Origin: a virus
IMG/VR virus record: IMGVR_UViG_3300032309_001546
Coordinates: 32,001-96,000 of that record
Length of the DNA stretch: 64,000 bases
Strand: one strand, 5' to 3'
Shown here: positions 19,213 to 29,473 of the stretch, in pieces
Layout: the number at the start of each line of letters is the position of its first letter
Numbering within the stretch: position 1 is the first letter of the stretch
Translations under genes and position numbers: made by a program
The notes under the pieces: model-generated
The model's input: only the letters and a program-made list of their open reading frames with translations
Database searches by the model: none
What the model was told of the DNA's origin: nothing

Positions 19213-20086
19213 TAGCAATCCTATTAAATTTTTCTTCAAACTCTAGCAACTCGCCTTTGCTAAAGTTAGTCCCTTGAATAGCTGCATTGAAAGCTTCTTT
19301 GCCAGTAAAGGGAATGAGATAGCGTAAAGCGTCTAGCTCTACCTTACTGAAAGTAACTCCACCTTGCCAGTAGTCTTCGAATGCTTCCCAGGTCCAAGGA
19401 CAATGTAGTTTTACAAACTCTGCAATTGCTTCTGCAAATACGCGGATCTCATACTGAGCATGAGGATCTAGACGAAGTCTAAGCATCTTGAGAAGATTAA
19501 GCAAGTCGCACTTCCATACAACACGTGTATATAGATTGACAGGAAGTACCATGCGGGCCTGTTCACGACTAACACCAACCTGAATCAACTGTTGATAAAG
19601 CTTATAGGCTTCATCAGTCTGATGATTCATAACTGCTGTTGCTGTTTCCTTGGGACCAATAAAGGGATTAAAGTCACCTTCAGCGCTTCCTTGCTTATTG
19701 GTAGTGCTTTGAGCTCTAAGAGTATCAGGTTCATAGAATACATCTTCCATTACACTGTAACGTGCGCTCTCCTCGTTAAGACTAGCAGTTCTGTGACGAA
19801 CTAGCTGGCGCATAACAAAGATAGGTAAACGCATCTCAAACTTAAACTCTACCATTTCAAGAGGACTAGTATGCCAGTGACGCATAAGATAACGTAGCAA
19901 TTGCTTATCTGACTGCTTGCGCGTCGTACCCGACTGGTAACTAACTCTAGCAGCATCAATAATTGCATAGTCAGCAATGTTAGTATTAAATGAAAGATCC
20001 TCTGCATCAGCATGAGGCATAACATCAATTAACTTAACATAACCATGATCAAGACATGGAATTAAATCATTAGTTCTTTCCAGCAT
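19199..20086 (-). CDS. thyX: FAD-dependent thymidylate synthase
   Basis: AARVSY, HTSPLE, RHRTASLNEESARY, REQARMVLP, HAQYEIR. Confidence 0.95.
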   Translation of the reverse strand: MLERTNDLIPCLDHGYVKLIDVMPHADAEDLSFNTNIADYAIIDAARVSYQSGTTRKQSDKQLLRYLMRHWHTSPLEMVEFKFEMRLPIFVMRQLVRHRTASLNEESARYSVMEDVFYEPDTLRAQSTTNKQGSAEGDFNPFIGPKETATAVMNHQTDEAYKLYQQLIQVGVSREQARMVLPVNLYTRVVWKCDLLNLLKMLRLRLDPHAQYEIRVFAEAIAEFVKLHCPWTWEAFEDYWQGGVTFSKVELDALRYLIPFTGKEAFNAAIQGTNFSKGELLEFEEKFNRIANGDH

Positions 20087-20801
20087 CCTTCTTCTCCGAC
20101 AAATGTGTAACATTCATTACTGGGACTCTATTTGATAAATCATTATAAGCTTGTCCAATATTAAAAGCAGTAGTCAGCTCACTTATGAGTTGTCCATTCT
20201 CTTTATTGGCGACCTTCTTATAAACCATATAATGTGTTCTATAAGAAAGATTAGACTTGTTGTCAATCACTCGCTTAACAAAAGCAGAGTAATTATCAGC
20301 AGATGAAATAAAGATTTCCTTATCTTCGTCCAAGTCCCATAGGCTATACTTTGTATATATGTTATAGGTATCAACACCATTCATTACGCTAGGAAAATCA
20401 AATTTCTTAGGACCCTTGAATAGTTCTAGCTCGTCTGGATCGTCATTGTACTCTTCTTCAGCATTCTGAAGAGCACCAATAACATTTCTATAACCTAAAA
20501 AGATGTCAACAATTCCTGCTAGCAGGCTTGCATAGGGAACATAAGCAGTCTCATTCTCGCTAGCGGCGAATTGAAATCTTTCATGTAGATCGTCAACTTC
20601 AATATCTTTTGAGAGAGTCTCGCTAGTTAATGCTTCATTAGGAAATTGAATATGAATTTCCTTAGGATTGATATGATCAACAAAGGTAATCTCACGTTCC
20701 CAATAGTAAATTGTTTTGATTATTCTATTGAGACTAGATAGAAGAGTATATGTTAGTCCAGCAACACCTAGTAATGCAATTATTAGTGTTAAGGAAGCCA
20801 T
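20070..20801 (-). CDS. membrane-anchored hypothetical protein
   Basis: N-terminal hydrophobic helix. Confidence 0.65.
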   Translation of the reverse strand: MASLTLIIALLGVAGLTYTLLSSLNRIIKTIYYWEREITFVDHINPKEIHIQFPNEALTSETLSKDIEVDDLHERFQFAASENETAYVPYASLLAGIVDIFLGYRNVIGALQNAEEEYNDDPDELELFKGPKKFDFPSVMNGVDTYNIYTKYSLWDLDEDKEIFISSADNYSAFVKRVIDNKSNLSYRTHYMVYKKVANKENGQLISELTTAFNIGQAYNDLSNRVPVMNVTHLSEKKDAGKN

Positions 20802-21337
20802 TACTTCTTCACATGCTCAAAGTACCCAGAGCCATTACAGATGTAACAAACAACAGAAGCTTCAGGAGGAGCATTAGGATCAATGCCATCTCCATAGCAA
20901 GCATGGCATACATTGTTATACTTACGGTATAAGAAGGCACATTCTGCAGCAGCAGGAGTCTTCTTTACAGTATTGTAAACAAACTGCCAAAGCTGAAGAC
21001 CCCATTCCCATGCCATATAAGCATGATCAGATTCTTCTCTGGTTTCATATGTTCCCTTCTCAAAGACTTTGCTAGAGAATGGAATAACTGCGACTACGAT
21101 ACGATCAGGATCATTAGGGTTAGCTAATGACATGCGCATTGTAAAGTCAGGAAAAGAAAGAAGACGGTCTTCTTCCCACTCTGCTACAACTGGCATAGAG
21201 ACTAGATGTGGTTCCTCTGCTGTTACAATCGTTTCGTTCTGATAATGCCAATGGTTAGTTTCTGCCTCGACAAAAACAGACTTGGCATCCAGCTTTAGTT
21301 CAAAATTTTCAAATAATTCTTCTAACGTATACTTCAT
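20801..21337 (-). CDS. hypothetical protein with two CxxCxGxG zinc motifs
   Basis: CHACYGDG and CYICNGSG. Confidence 0.7.
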   Translation of the reverse strand: MKYTLEELFENFELKLDAKSVFVEAETNHWHYQNETIVTAEEPHLVSMPVVAEWEEDRLLSFPDFTMRMSLANPNDPDRIVVAVIPFSSKVFEKGTYETREESDHAYMAWEWGLQLWQFVYNTVKKTPAAAECAFLYRKYNNVCHACYGDGIDPNAPPEASVVCYICNGSGYFEHVKK

Positions 21338-21361
21338 ATAACACCGTGGTTATAGGTTAAT

Positions 21362-21385
21362 AAAATAAAACCCCAGATTGGGGTT
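21362..21385 (-). terminator. intrinsic terminator
   Basis: AACCCC-AATCT-GGGGTT then TTATTTT. Confidence 0.6.
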
Positions 21386-21400
21386 CTAATAATAATCATA

Positions 21401-23374
21401 TTAGCAATTTAATTTTTCAATTGCAAGTTTAATTGCTGTTGGACTAGCTGCAAACTTATTTACAAATCGAAAAACATCACTAGGCTCTGTAAAGTCATAT
21501 TCATAATGTAGCTTAATAGCAAGATAGCTTTGTGATCTTAATTCTTCCGGGCTAATTAGCCCAGCATTATAAAGAGCATTCTTGCTTTTCTCATTACTAG
21601 GTACAGGAAGACTTTCTACTTTATAGACGAAACTAGTTGTGCCCGAGTTTGTAAGTTGCTCTAGCGCTACAACTGGAACACGATCAGCCAAAATGTCTTG
21701 CTCTAGAACAGTTCTTAGTCTAGAGAAAATTTGACGAATAACAGGGACCTGTTGTTGAGCAGATACAATTGCTCTACCGTAAGCCTCAAGACAGTCGCTT
21801 AGGATATCTAACTGCTTGCGAGTAAAAGGTAGCTCATTAAGAAGCCAACCATATTGTCTCATAGTCCGGCTACTGACAGTTTTAACCCGGCGATTACTAT
21901 TGTAAAGCTTGATTATGTTCTGAATTGAATCTCTGTTACGTCTAGATTTTGGGCTATTCAAGTACTTAAATGCTGTTTCTTTCCATGCAATATACTCTGC
22001 ACTTTCATAACCATACATCTCGACTGTCTTGGTAAGGTAGCCAAGCTTATCTTGTAGCTTCTTAGGCAGCATAAAGTAGATGGCATCCTCTGCATTACCA
22101 GTCTTGAATATATCCGCGGCTTCCTTGCTTGATGTAACTGCTAGGGTTGTATTCTTACCAACAGTAAGAACATAGTAATTAGTATTAATTCTTTCTAGGA
22201 TACTAGACTTAAGAGTTAAGTAGTTGTCAATTAGCTCACTTAATCCCTCATGTCCAATGGCTTGCAAGCAAGGAGCAGGCTTTTTATTATTATAAAGATC
22301 TGCGCTCCAATCCATCACATCTCTATAGGACCTATCAGAGATAAGATGTTGTTTTAACTTATCCCAGTATAGATCTTCTGTAAGCTCTCGGATATGGCCT
22401 ACAATAAAAGCAGTAATGGCGTTGTCTTCATTGATTGCATTAGCAAGATAAGAGTAATTTTTCTTAGCTTCTGCTAGATTGTCCGGAGTAACTGGAAGAT
22501 GATCAATTGAGTCAAGCTCTCCATCTTGATTATAGATGGGAAGAATTCCACTAGCAGAGAGAAGCTTGTGCATTTCTTCAATTCTAAATGCTGTTGAGCT
22601 TGGTTGGAAAGAGTTAGGGCTCTTATATAATTTCAGAGCACTAATCCCTGGACCATAAGGTCCAAAGACTTTCTTGCCATTTCTTAAAGCAAATCCGAAC
22701 TGACGAGTGCCTTCGGCCAATTTAATTTCATACTCATCATGAATGTCATGAATAACTTTGACAGACTGAACATCTGCATAAGGTACGCTTGAGATTACAC
22801 GACCAGCATTAGCTCCACTGGCAGTGAACTCTTCAACTAGTCGAGTAGCATCAGCATCATAAGCATGTTCCTGTGCGTAGATGATGGCATCCATTGCCCA
22901 CGAGGGAGCATGAATAAAGCCTTCCTCTTCGACTTGGCGAGCTTCATAGCCACGGATCTCTGCTACCATACTAGCAAGGCTGTTGTAACGATCTGAGTCT
23001 ACTTCACCTTTGGCTTCAAGCTTACTCATCTCAGCCAAGGTCCACTCAAGAGCAGGATCACTTTCAATCATACGATTGACTGGTCCGAGGTCTGACTGGT
23101 CTGCGTCTGGATGCTCCCAAGGATACTGGATAAAACTTAAAGTTCTACTACCAGGATAAAGAGCTTCAAGAGCTTCGTCTCCAAAAGGCAACCGTCTGGC
23201 CTCACGCCAGTCTGGATCGCCAACATCTCCGATACTTAGGAAATTAGCAGTAGCGTATTGAGCCTCTGCATTTCCATATGCACCAGTATAACCTAAAGCA
23301 GCTGGAGTCCAGTGCTGTAAGCTATATTCATTCTCATCGAAAATACTGAAATCAATATTCATTCTCTTGCTCAT
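21401..23374 (-). CDS. large hypothetical protein (657 aa)
   Basis: Long ORF, GGAG RBS, no recognised motif. Confidence 0.8.
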   Translation of the reverse strand: MSKRMNIDFSIFDENEYSLQHWTPAALGYTGAYGNAEAQYATANFLSIGDVGDPDWREARRLPFGDEALEALYPGSRTLSFIQYPWEHPDADQSDLGPVNRMIESDPALEWTLAEMSKLEAKGEVDSDRYNSLASMVAEIRGYEARQVEEEGFIHAPSWAMDAIIYAQEHAYDADATRLVEEFTASGANAGRVISSVPYADVQSVKVIHDIHDEYEIKLAEGTRQFGFALRNGKKVFGPYGPGISALKLYKSPNSFQPSSTAFRIEEMHKLLSASGILPIYNQDGELDSIDHLPVTPDNLAEAKKNYSYLANAINEDNAITAFIVGHIRELTEDLYWDKLKQHLISDRSYRDVMDWSADLYNNKKPAPCLQAIGHEGLSELIDNYLTLKSSILERINTNYYVLTVGKNTTLAVTSSKEAADIFKTGNAEDAIYFMLPKKLQDKLGYLTKTVEMYGYESAEYIAWKETAFKYLNSPKSRRNRDSIQNIIKLYNSNRRVKTVSSRTMRQYGWLLNELPFTRKQLDILSDCLEAYGRAIVSAQQQVPVIRQIFSRLRTVLEQDILADRVPVVALEQLTNSGTTSFVYKVESLPVPSNEKSKNALYNAGLISPEELRSQSYLAIKLHYEYDFTEPSDVFRFVNKFAASPTAIKLAIEKLNC

Positions 23375-23415
23375 ATTTTCTCCATTGCTTAGTGCAAATA
23401 CAAACTACAAAACAA

Positions 23416-23432
23416 GGCCGGCGCAGCCGGCC
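23416..23432. repeat. GGCCGGC-GCA-GCCGGCC hairpin, copy 1 of 3
   Basis: Identical 17-mer at 23416, 47173, 55938, all intergenic. Confidence 0.9.
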
Positions 23433-23447
23433 CATTCTAAGTCTATT

Positions 23448-24104
23448 TTAAATATTAGCAGTATCGATATAAGATTTAGCTTTCAAGAATTTCTCATTGT
23501 AATTAGATTCAAAAACTTGCCATTCTCCTTCATCTAGAAAATTCTTCTGACGAAGATAGTAGCTAGGATGATAAATAGGAACGACTGGATAAACCTTAGA
23601 GCCAAGGCCAAAAGTATAAGTACGAGAAGCGTTGTTATACTCAATGTACTTAGAACTAAAAGTTCCTGTTAACTGTAGTCCGGAGATTGCACTCTTACCC
23701 AAGGTTATAATTACACTTGGATTTAATTCTTCAATCTGTCTTACAAGATAATGAGAGCAATTCTTAATCTCATCTTCAGTTGGCGTCCTGTTCTTGTCTG
23801 GTCTACATTTAACTATGTTTGTAACATAACTATAATGTTGAAGCTCATGTAGGTTTAGATACTTGTCTAGGACTTTACCACTAACGCCCATGAAAGGCAT
23901 TCCTACTTGATCTTCAGTTTCGCCAGGGGCCTCACCAATAATCATAATAGGTAGAGCTTTGTCTTGCCAAGGAGCAGCAGTTGTCTTGGTATACTTATCA
24001 ATTACAACTTGTGTTCGTGAAGCACATAGAGCAGTACATTTCTTACATTTCTTAATTTCTTCTTTGCGAATTGCTAAATTAAAAAGTTCTTTATTAAAGA
24101 TCAT
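23448..24104 (-). CDS. uracil-DNA glycosylase family 4 (Fe-S)
   Basis: CKKC..C, GEAPG, PFMG, TNIVKCRP, HPSY. Confidence 0.9.
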   Translation of the reverse strand: MIFNKELFNLAIRKEEIKKCKKCTALCASRTQVVIDKYTKTTAAPWQDKALPIMIIGEAPGETEDQVGMPFMGVSGKVLDKYLNLHELQHYSYVTNIVKCRPDKNRTPTEDEIKNCSHYLVRQIEELNPSVIITLGKSAISGLQLTGTFSSKYIEYNNASRTYTFGLGSKVYPVVPIYHPSYYLRQKNFLDEGEWQVFESNYNEKFLKAKSYIDTANI

Positions 24105-24637
24105 TCGATACCCGAAAGTAAAAGGTTTCCTTCTTTAATAATGCCTAATGCATTATCAGTTTGATAAGCAACAGCAGTTTTAATATCTTTTTTAAGCGTA
24201 TCTAAAGATAAGATTTGAAAACTAGGATTAACTCTAGCCTTTTTATTAGAAAATGAAAGCCAAAAGAAAATAAAATGCTGAGACTCTTTATCAAAAAGAA
24301 CAAGAAATCTTTGCTTTTTATTTTTATCTCTTAGCTCTGCAAGTTTATCTCTCCATACATAGTGGCAAACCATAGGCAAATAACAAAGTTCATAAATGCC
24401 CAAGACACCAAAGTCATTCATTGTTTTATGAACAGACTTAATATCATTTTGAGTAACTGCAAAAGACCCAGTAGGAAAACTAGTACCTACTGTAGATATT
24501 AGACTATGAAGATAAGCAAAACAATAATAGCCGACTAAGCTCATAGGCTTGTCAGCTAAAATATTGTATTTGATTTTCTCTTCTATATCAGTGCCAAACT
24601 TATCTTTAAACTTAAATAAGCTAAAGATATTGGTCAT
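24101..24637 (-). CDS. hypothetical protein
   Basis: ORF, ATGA overlap. Confidence 0.65.
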   Translation of the reverse strand: MTNIFSLFKFKDKFGTDIEEKIKYNILADKPMSLVGYYCFAYLHSLISTVGTSFPTGSFAVTQNDIKSVHKTMNDFGVLGIYELCYLPMVCHYVWRDKLAELRDKNKKQRFLVLFDKESQHFIFFWLSFSNKKARVNPSFQILSLDTLKKDIKTAVAYQTDNALGIIKEGNLLLSGIE

Positions 24638-25095
24638 TACAAGACTCGATTAATTAGACTTGAGTAGATCTTACGATCATTTCTTTCCCTTGAATTCTTA
24701 AGCGAATCAAACTGCACAATCTTTGTCTGGTTATAAGACCATTCAGATAGATCAGCAATTTCTAAGTACAAATTAACCTTATTGCAATGCTTCTTGCCAC
24801 CATCAGTATAGTAATCAAACCAAGTACTAACGTAAGATAAGGTCTCTTTGTCAGTGCTATTAGTAGGATAGATGGCAATTGCGGCATCTCTAGTGACAGA
24901 GTCTTCTGTTAGATGAACAGCAGCTACAAGATCTAGAGTAGCATTATGTAGTTCTTCATGCTCATACTTACCAAGATCCTCATTCTCTTCGTCGCTTTCC
25001 ACCTTGAGCTCATCTGGGATAAAGATAGTTAAAGTATCAAGATCCTCATCAGAATGGTCGTCAATAAAAGCATTGATATCGAAATCTTCTTCCAT
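24637..25095 (-). CDS. acidic hypothetical protein
   Basis: ORF in operon. Confidence 0.65.
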   Translation of the reverse strand: MEEDFDINAFIDDHSDEDLDTLTIFIPDELKVESDEENEDLGKYEHEELHNATLDLVAAVHLTEDSVTRDAAIAIYPTNSTDKETLSYVSTWFDYYTDGGKKHCNKVNLYLEIADLSEWSYNQTKIVQFDSLKNSRERNDRKIYSSLINRVL

Positions 25096-25097
25096 GT

Positions 25098-26171
25098 TTA
25101 TCTCACTAGTGAAGTGTTATTTTCAGATGTAATACTAGGTGAACAAATAAGCTTTGTTGCACTTTGAAATTCAGCAAGTGTATGGCTATTAGTATAGCTC
25201 ATAGCACTACGTAGGTTACCTTCAATGCCCTTGAGCAAGTCAACAACAGGTTCGGTCATAGGTATAAGGCCAGCTTGCCCTTCAATACTACTCTTATTGT
25301 TATAAGAGCTGCTTGCAAGACCTGCATATTCCTTGTACCAGACTCCAGTGCTTTCATTAAGTACGGCAGTAGCTGCACTTTCTGGAGTAGCGGCCAACAT
25401 CTTACCCAACATAACAAGATCTGCACCAGATGCAAGAGCTTTGCAAATGTCACCATTGGTACGAATACCACCATCAGCAACAATATAAGCAGGAGCTGCT
25501 ACGTCTTTTGGATAGGTATAAAGCAAACGCTTACGCTCTGCGCTGCAGCGAGCAAGGGTTGTGATATTACCTGCACCTACTCCAGTATTAATGCGAGTAG
25601 TGCATGCGCTGCCACCGCCAATGCCAACACGAACATAATCGCATAGACTAGCAATACGGCTATAAGCAAGTTCGTTTGTTACATTGCCTGCCCAGATGAA
25701 GACACCTTCGTCAAAGCGAAGATCTTGTAGCTTGATTAGATAGTCATAAAGGCTATCAAGATTACCATTAGCAATGTCAACTAGGACATGTGCAATTTCA
25801 TACTCGCTTACTTTATGAAGCAACTTATCAAGTGGATAGTCAAGGCCAATGCTAATGCCACAGCCTCGCATATACATCTCATCTAGCTCATGCTCAGGCC
25901 TGAATCTATCAGCAAAGATAGCAAATGGCCTATAAGTGGAGTCAGTGATTGCATCCATAAAGGCGTGACTAGCAATGCTTGGCATAGGACTAGCAACAAT
26001 TGGCAAAGCATCAAAAGGTTTCTGATAGTAACCATTCTCATTCCTATGATATGGATTAATATTAGCTCCATATCGGCTATTAATATCGGATACTGGCGCT
26101 TGATTAAGCAAAACGTCATCATAGGTAAGCTGATAATTAGCAGCTACCGCATCCTCAAACTTAAAAAACAT
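25098..26171 (-). CDS. IMP dehydrogenase/GMP reductase family (no CBS domains)
   Basis: LTYDDVLL, DIANG, AGNV, VGIGGGSACTTR, ADGGI, KALASGAD, SAMSY. Confidence 0.9.
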   Translation of the reverse strand: MFFKFEDAVAANYQLTYDDVLLNQAPVSDINSRYGANINPYHRNENGYYQKPFDALPIVASPMPSIASHAFMDAITDSTYRPFAIFADRFRPEHELDEMYMRGCGISIGLDYPLDKLLHKVSEYEIAHVLVDIANGNLDSLYDYLIKLQDLRFDEGVFIWAGNVTNELAYSRIASLCDYVRVGIGGGSACTTRINTGVGAGNITTLARCSAERKRLLYTYPKDVAAPAYIVADGGIRTNGDICKALASGADLVMLGKMLAATPESAATAVLNESTGVWYKEYAGLASSSYNNKSSIEGQAGLIPMTEPVVDLLKGIEGNLRSAMSYTNSHTLAEFQSATKLICSPSITSENNTSLVR

Positions 26172-26173
26172 TT

Positions 26174-26689
26174 TTACTCCGCGAAACGAGACAGGTCCAA
26201 AGTTCTACGGACCATATGAACACTCTTCTCAATATCTTTTACACCAGGAAAGAACATCCTGTCAAATATTTCTTCAACAAGCTTTGCATCAAAGTCTTTG
26301 CATGAATAAACATCAGCCGTAACAAATCCTTGCTCGGGAAATGTATGAAAAGCAATGTGAGATTCTGCAATCATAGCAATAGTGCTATAGCCATAAGTTT
26401 GTTCAGCACGCTCCTTGAGAGCATTCGAAATAAACTGAGCAGTAGCAGAGTCAGCAAGACCCTCAGCGCCTAAACGCTGAAGGACTCGCTCAAGTTCGCA
26501 CTTGTTATGTGGGAATTCTATAGTAAGTGGAGGAACAATTAATGTCATATCAATTGCATCTACAAGGGCTGAAACAACTTTATGACCCATACTAGGATCA
26601 TTAAGAGGATTTAATCTATCAGTTGATGGGACTGACTTAGCGCCAGCATCATAAATTAAATGTAAACCATTGTATTTGTAGTTAGACAT
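26174..26689 (-). CDS. speD: S-adenosylmethionine decarboxylase proenzyme family
   Basis: GLHLIYD, IAESHIAFHTFPE (E-S cleavage site), DVYSC. Confidence 0.85.
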   Translation of the reverse strand: MSNYKYNGLHLIYDAGAKSVPSTDRLNPLNDPSMGHKVVSALVDAIDMTLIVPPLTIEFPHNKCELERVLQRLGAEGLADSATAQFISNALKERAEQTYGYSTIAMIAESHIAFHTFPEQGFVTADVYSCKDFDAKLVEEIFDRMFFPGVKDIEKSVHMVRRTLDLSRFAE

Positions 26690-26691
26690 AA

Positions 26692-27585
26692 TTAATCGGA
26701 TCCTTTCTTTTTCTTATCGGTTGTAGAATTCTTCTTTGACTTGCCCTTAGACTTCTTAGACGAAGCTAGCTTTGGAGTTGATTTTGTTTTAGGACTATGG
26801 ACTTTGCCATACTGGACAAATTGATCATCAGTGTCATATATGATTGACAGCTTGTGAGGGAAAGGCTTAGTGAAAATAGTGTCTACTTCACTATAGGTTT
26901 CCTTGACAACATAGATTGTCTCTTTCGTTTCAGTATTATATACTTGTTCAACCATACAGAATGGACCAGCTACTCCCATATGAATATCACAAACTGAATC
27001 CATAACGGTATCTAGTAGTTGCTCACCATCAAGATGGACTGAATCATCATCTGTAGGGTCAAGAAGACCAAGACGACGAGCTAGCGCGTAAGCACCAAGA
27101 GCTGTAGGCTGACCACTGCCTGTGGCCTGGAAAGGCTCAGCCAGTAGGGTAACACAAAGGAATGCGTCTACATGATAAAGATTACCACGATAGCCAACAA
27201 GTAGATTAAGATTGCTAGCTGGTAGTGGATCCATATCATCGGTGCCCCGACCCTTGCTAACCATCTTACTCTGCATACTGGCAGGAATAATCTCGTTAAG
27301 TACGTTGTGGATATAAGCAATATCGCTTACATCATCAGGGCGAACAAGCTCGTAATAAGTATGCTGGAAAAGCTGAGCGTCCTTAAGAACACCAGCGTAA
27401 CCAAACATAATATCATCACGAATAAAAATCTTAGGCTGCTTAAGCATAAAGCCGTAGTCTGCATAACTTACACGGCTATCTGCCTTAAGTAGAACTGACT
27501 TAAGCAATGGATCAAGATCCATATTAGTAGGCATACCAGTTGTTGTATCAATGCCCGTATTTGAATATCCTAGAATGCAAGTCAT
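26692..27585 (-). CDS. HslV/proteasome-type N-terminal Thr peptidase
   Basis: MTCILG, ADSRVS, PKIF, GYAG, ATGSG. Confidence 0.75.
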   Translation of the reverse strand: MTCILGYSNTGIDTTTGMPTNMDLDPLLKSVLLKADSRVSYADYGFMLKQPKIFIRDDIMFGYAGVLKDAQLFQHTYYELVRPDDVSDIAYIHNVLNEIIPASMQSKMVSKGRGTDDMDPLPASNLNLLVGYRGNLYHVDAFLCVTLLAEPFQATGSGQPTALGAYALARRLGLLDPTDDDSVHLDGEQLLDTVMDSVCDIHMGVAGPFCMVEQVYNTETKETIYVVKETYSEVDTIFTKPFPHKLSIIYDTDDQFVQYGKVHSPKTKSTPKLASSKKSKGKSKKNSTTDKKKKGSD

Positions 27586-27594
27586 TGGACCTCC

Positions 27595-27855
27595 TTATCG
27601 TTTAAAACACACAATAACTTGTCCTGAATCCTTATCATAAAGATATTCGGTAACAGAACACTCTAATAAATCTGCAAGTGATCTTAAAGTAAGATCAAGA
27701 TCCTTAGACCAGATAGAGCGACGGAAATAAAGAGTTGCCTCATTTACTCCATCGTCTATCCGGCTAAGAATAGGCCCATGTGCAATACAGATAGTTTGCA
27801 TCTCTACCACTGCACGCTGGGCTTTGGAATTACTAGCAATTAGTAATTTAGTCAT
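27595..27855 (-). CDS. hypothetical protein
   Basis: ORF in operon. Confidence 0.55.
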   Translation of the reverse strand: MTKLLIASNSKAQRAVVEMQTICIAHGPILSRIDDGVNEATLYFRRSIWSKDLDLTLRSLADLLECSVTEYLYDKDSGQVIVCFKR

Positions 27856-28060
27856 TTACTTCAATTTCTGTACTGCAGCTATAACATTTACTATTACGAG
27901 CTAAGTAAATATAAGTCAAAAACTTCTTACACCTAGGACAGGTTACTCCATCTTCTTCTGACAAAGTTATAAAGGTCTTAGAGTCTCTTGTGTTATTCCT
28001 CTGAGCATTAAAGGCACGGACCTCATGTTCAGTGTAATCATCTCTATAGCTTCTTCCCAT
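27848..28060 (-). CDS. small zinc-ribbon protein
   Basis: CPRC...CYSC. Confidence 0.55.
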   Translation of the reverse strand: MGRSYRDDYTEHEVRAFNAQRNNTRDSKTFITLSEEDGVTCPRCKKFLTYIYLARNSKCYSCSTEIEVND

Positions 28061-28187
28061 AACTGCTAGTAATCCTATATTCTATTGGTAATTAACAACA
28101 AAGAAATAAGTTTTCTTTGCAATAGTTTTCATCAATGCTCTTGCAAGCTCAATATCATTCATAATAATCCTAAAATAAGATAACAGG

Positions 28188-28490
28188 TTATTCTTGTTTA
28201 GCGCTGCTATAAGCAGTCATCAGTAAACCATAGCCAGCAATATCTTGCCATGGACTTTCGCCAAACGCATCTTTGCTATTTGCTATACGAAACAACTTAT
28301 CAACAATACGAACAGTCACCAAAAGGTCAACATATTGCTCTGGCCGGACGCCATCCGGGTACAAGACCCGAATGACATCACCAGCCTGAGAGAATGCATC
28401 ACCATATGCAGCATTCTTTTGTGAAACGAGGGTTCCTAAAGTCTGCGCTATTGTAAGGATAGTTTCTGAATTCAAGGAGTCGGCGCTCAT
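28188..28490 (-). CDS. nucleotide-modification-associated (Nmad1/DUF1599-like) protein
   Basis: KNAAYGDAF, RIVDKLFRI, ESPWQDIAGY; start MSADSL with GGAG RBS. Confidence 0.7.
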   Translation of the reverse strand: MSADSLNSETILTIAQTLGTLVSQKNAAYGDAFSQAGDVIRVLYPDGVRPEQYVDLLVTVRIVDKLFRIANSKDAFGESPWQDIAGYGLLMTAYSSAKQE

Positions 28491-29142
28491 AATCTCTCCA
28501 ACTAAAAAGGGAATGACTCCAAGGAACATCTCTAAGAGTACTAAGTGTCTGATAGATGATCTTGGTAATTGATCTTATATTGGGACACTCAGCTGTTCCA
28601 TAGGTAAGATCTGAAATCGGAAGAATGATTTCATCTAAATATCGAAGATTGTTTTCTGCACGTGAGTAGACCTTAACTGATCTATCAGTGTCAGTTTCCT
28701 TAATATCAACATGCCAACAAAACGACGAAAAAGGATCTCCTAGTCTAATTGCAGCAAGGTTTCTACCAAGATACTTATTGTATTGATCCTCAGGAGACGT
28801 AATAGCAATACCAAAGTCATAGGAATAAAGTCCTACTTCCTTATAGGCAATACTAATACATCTAGCGTCATAAGCCTCACTGGTAGAGAAACGCATATAG
28901 TTACCAAGAAGAGTGTCGATTAGCTCCAAGTCAGAGTCACTAAGATCTCTGTCGTAAAGGTCTTCGTTGGCAATTTTAAGCAAAGATAGAGCTCTCTGCT
29001 TATCACGTGCAAAAGCCGCCAGAGCCTTAATATGCTTCTCAACAGGCATATCAGCAAAGTCCTTGGGTTCAAGGACTGTAATGTTACGCTCTCTATCAAA
29101 CTCTCTAATAGCTAGCAAGCTAGCAAACTTAACGTCACTCAC
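28399..29142 (-). CDS. hypothetical protein
   Basis: GTG start with GGAG RBS; SPEDQYNKYLGRNLA phage-type motif. Confidence 0.65.
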   Translation of the reverse strand: MSDVKFASLLAIREFDRERNITVLEPKDFADMPVEKHIKALAAFARDKQRALSLLKIANEDLYDRDLSDSDLELIDTLLGNYMRFSTSEAYDARCISIAYKEVGLYSYDFGIAITSPEDQYNKYLGRNLAAIRLGDPFSSFCWHVDIKETDTDRSVKVYSRAENNLRYLDEIILPISDLTYGTAECPNIRSITKIIYQTLSTLRDVPWSHSLFSWRDYERRLLEFRNYPYNSADFRNPRFTKECCIW

Positions 29143-29184
29143 AGTAACTCTCCAAATTTAAGGTAATTATAATAGTTCGCTATT

Positions 29185-29457
29185 TTAGATTCCAATTGTC
29201 TTAGATTCTAACTGTCGCTTACGACGACCAAAGAGGCCTAAGCAAGTAAACTCGCTAATTACACCAGCTGCTACTGCCATAAACGACATAGATATATTAG
29301 TTATAAATAGTATGTTAAGAATAGTAACTGCCCCATCAAAGAACAATTCATGTTTAAAACAAAAAGCTTGAATCTTTGCTGGTAACTTAGTAAAAGTATG
29401 GTACGTTGAATAGCCTAATAGGCCTCCAAAAAATAAAGCGCCTAGAATAAGTCCCAT
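29185..29457 (-). CDS. small membrane protein
   Basis: Several hydrophobic segments. Confidence 0.6.
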   Translation of the reverse strand: MGLILGALFFGGLLGYSTYHTFTKLPAKIQAFCFKHELFFDGAVTILNILFITNISMSFMAVAAGVISEFTCLGLFGRRKRQLESKTIGI

Positions 29458-29473
29458 AAATTAAACCTTTAGT

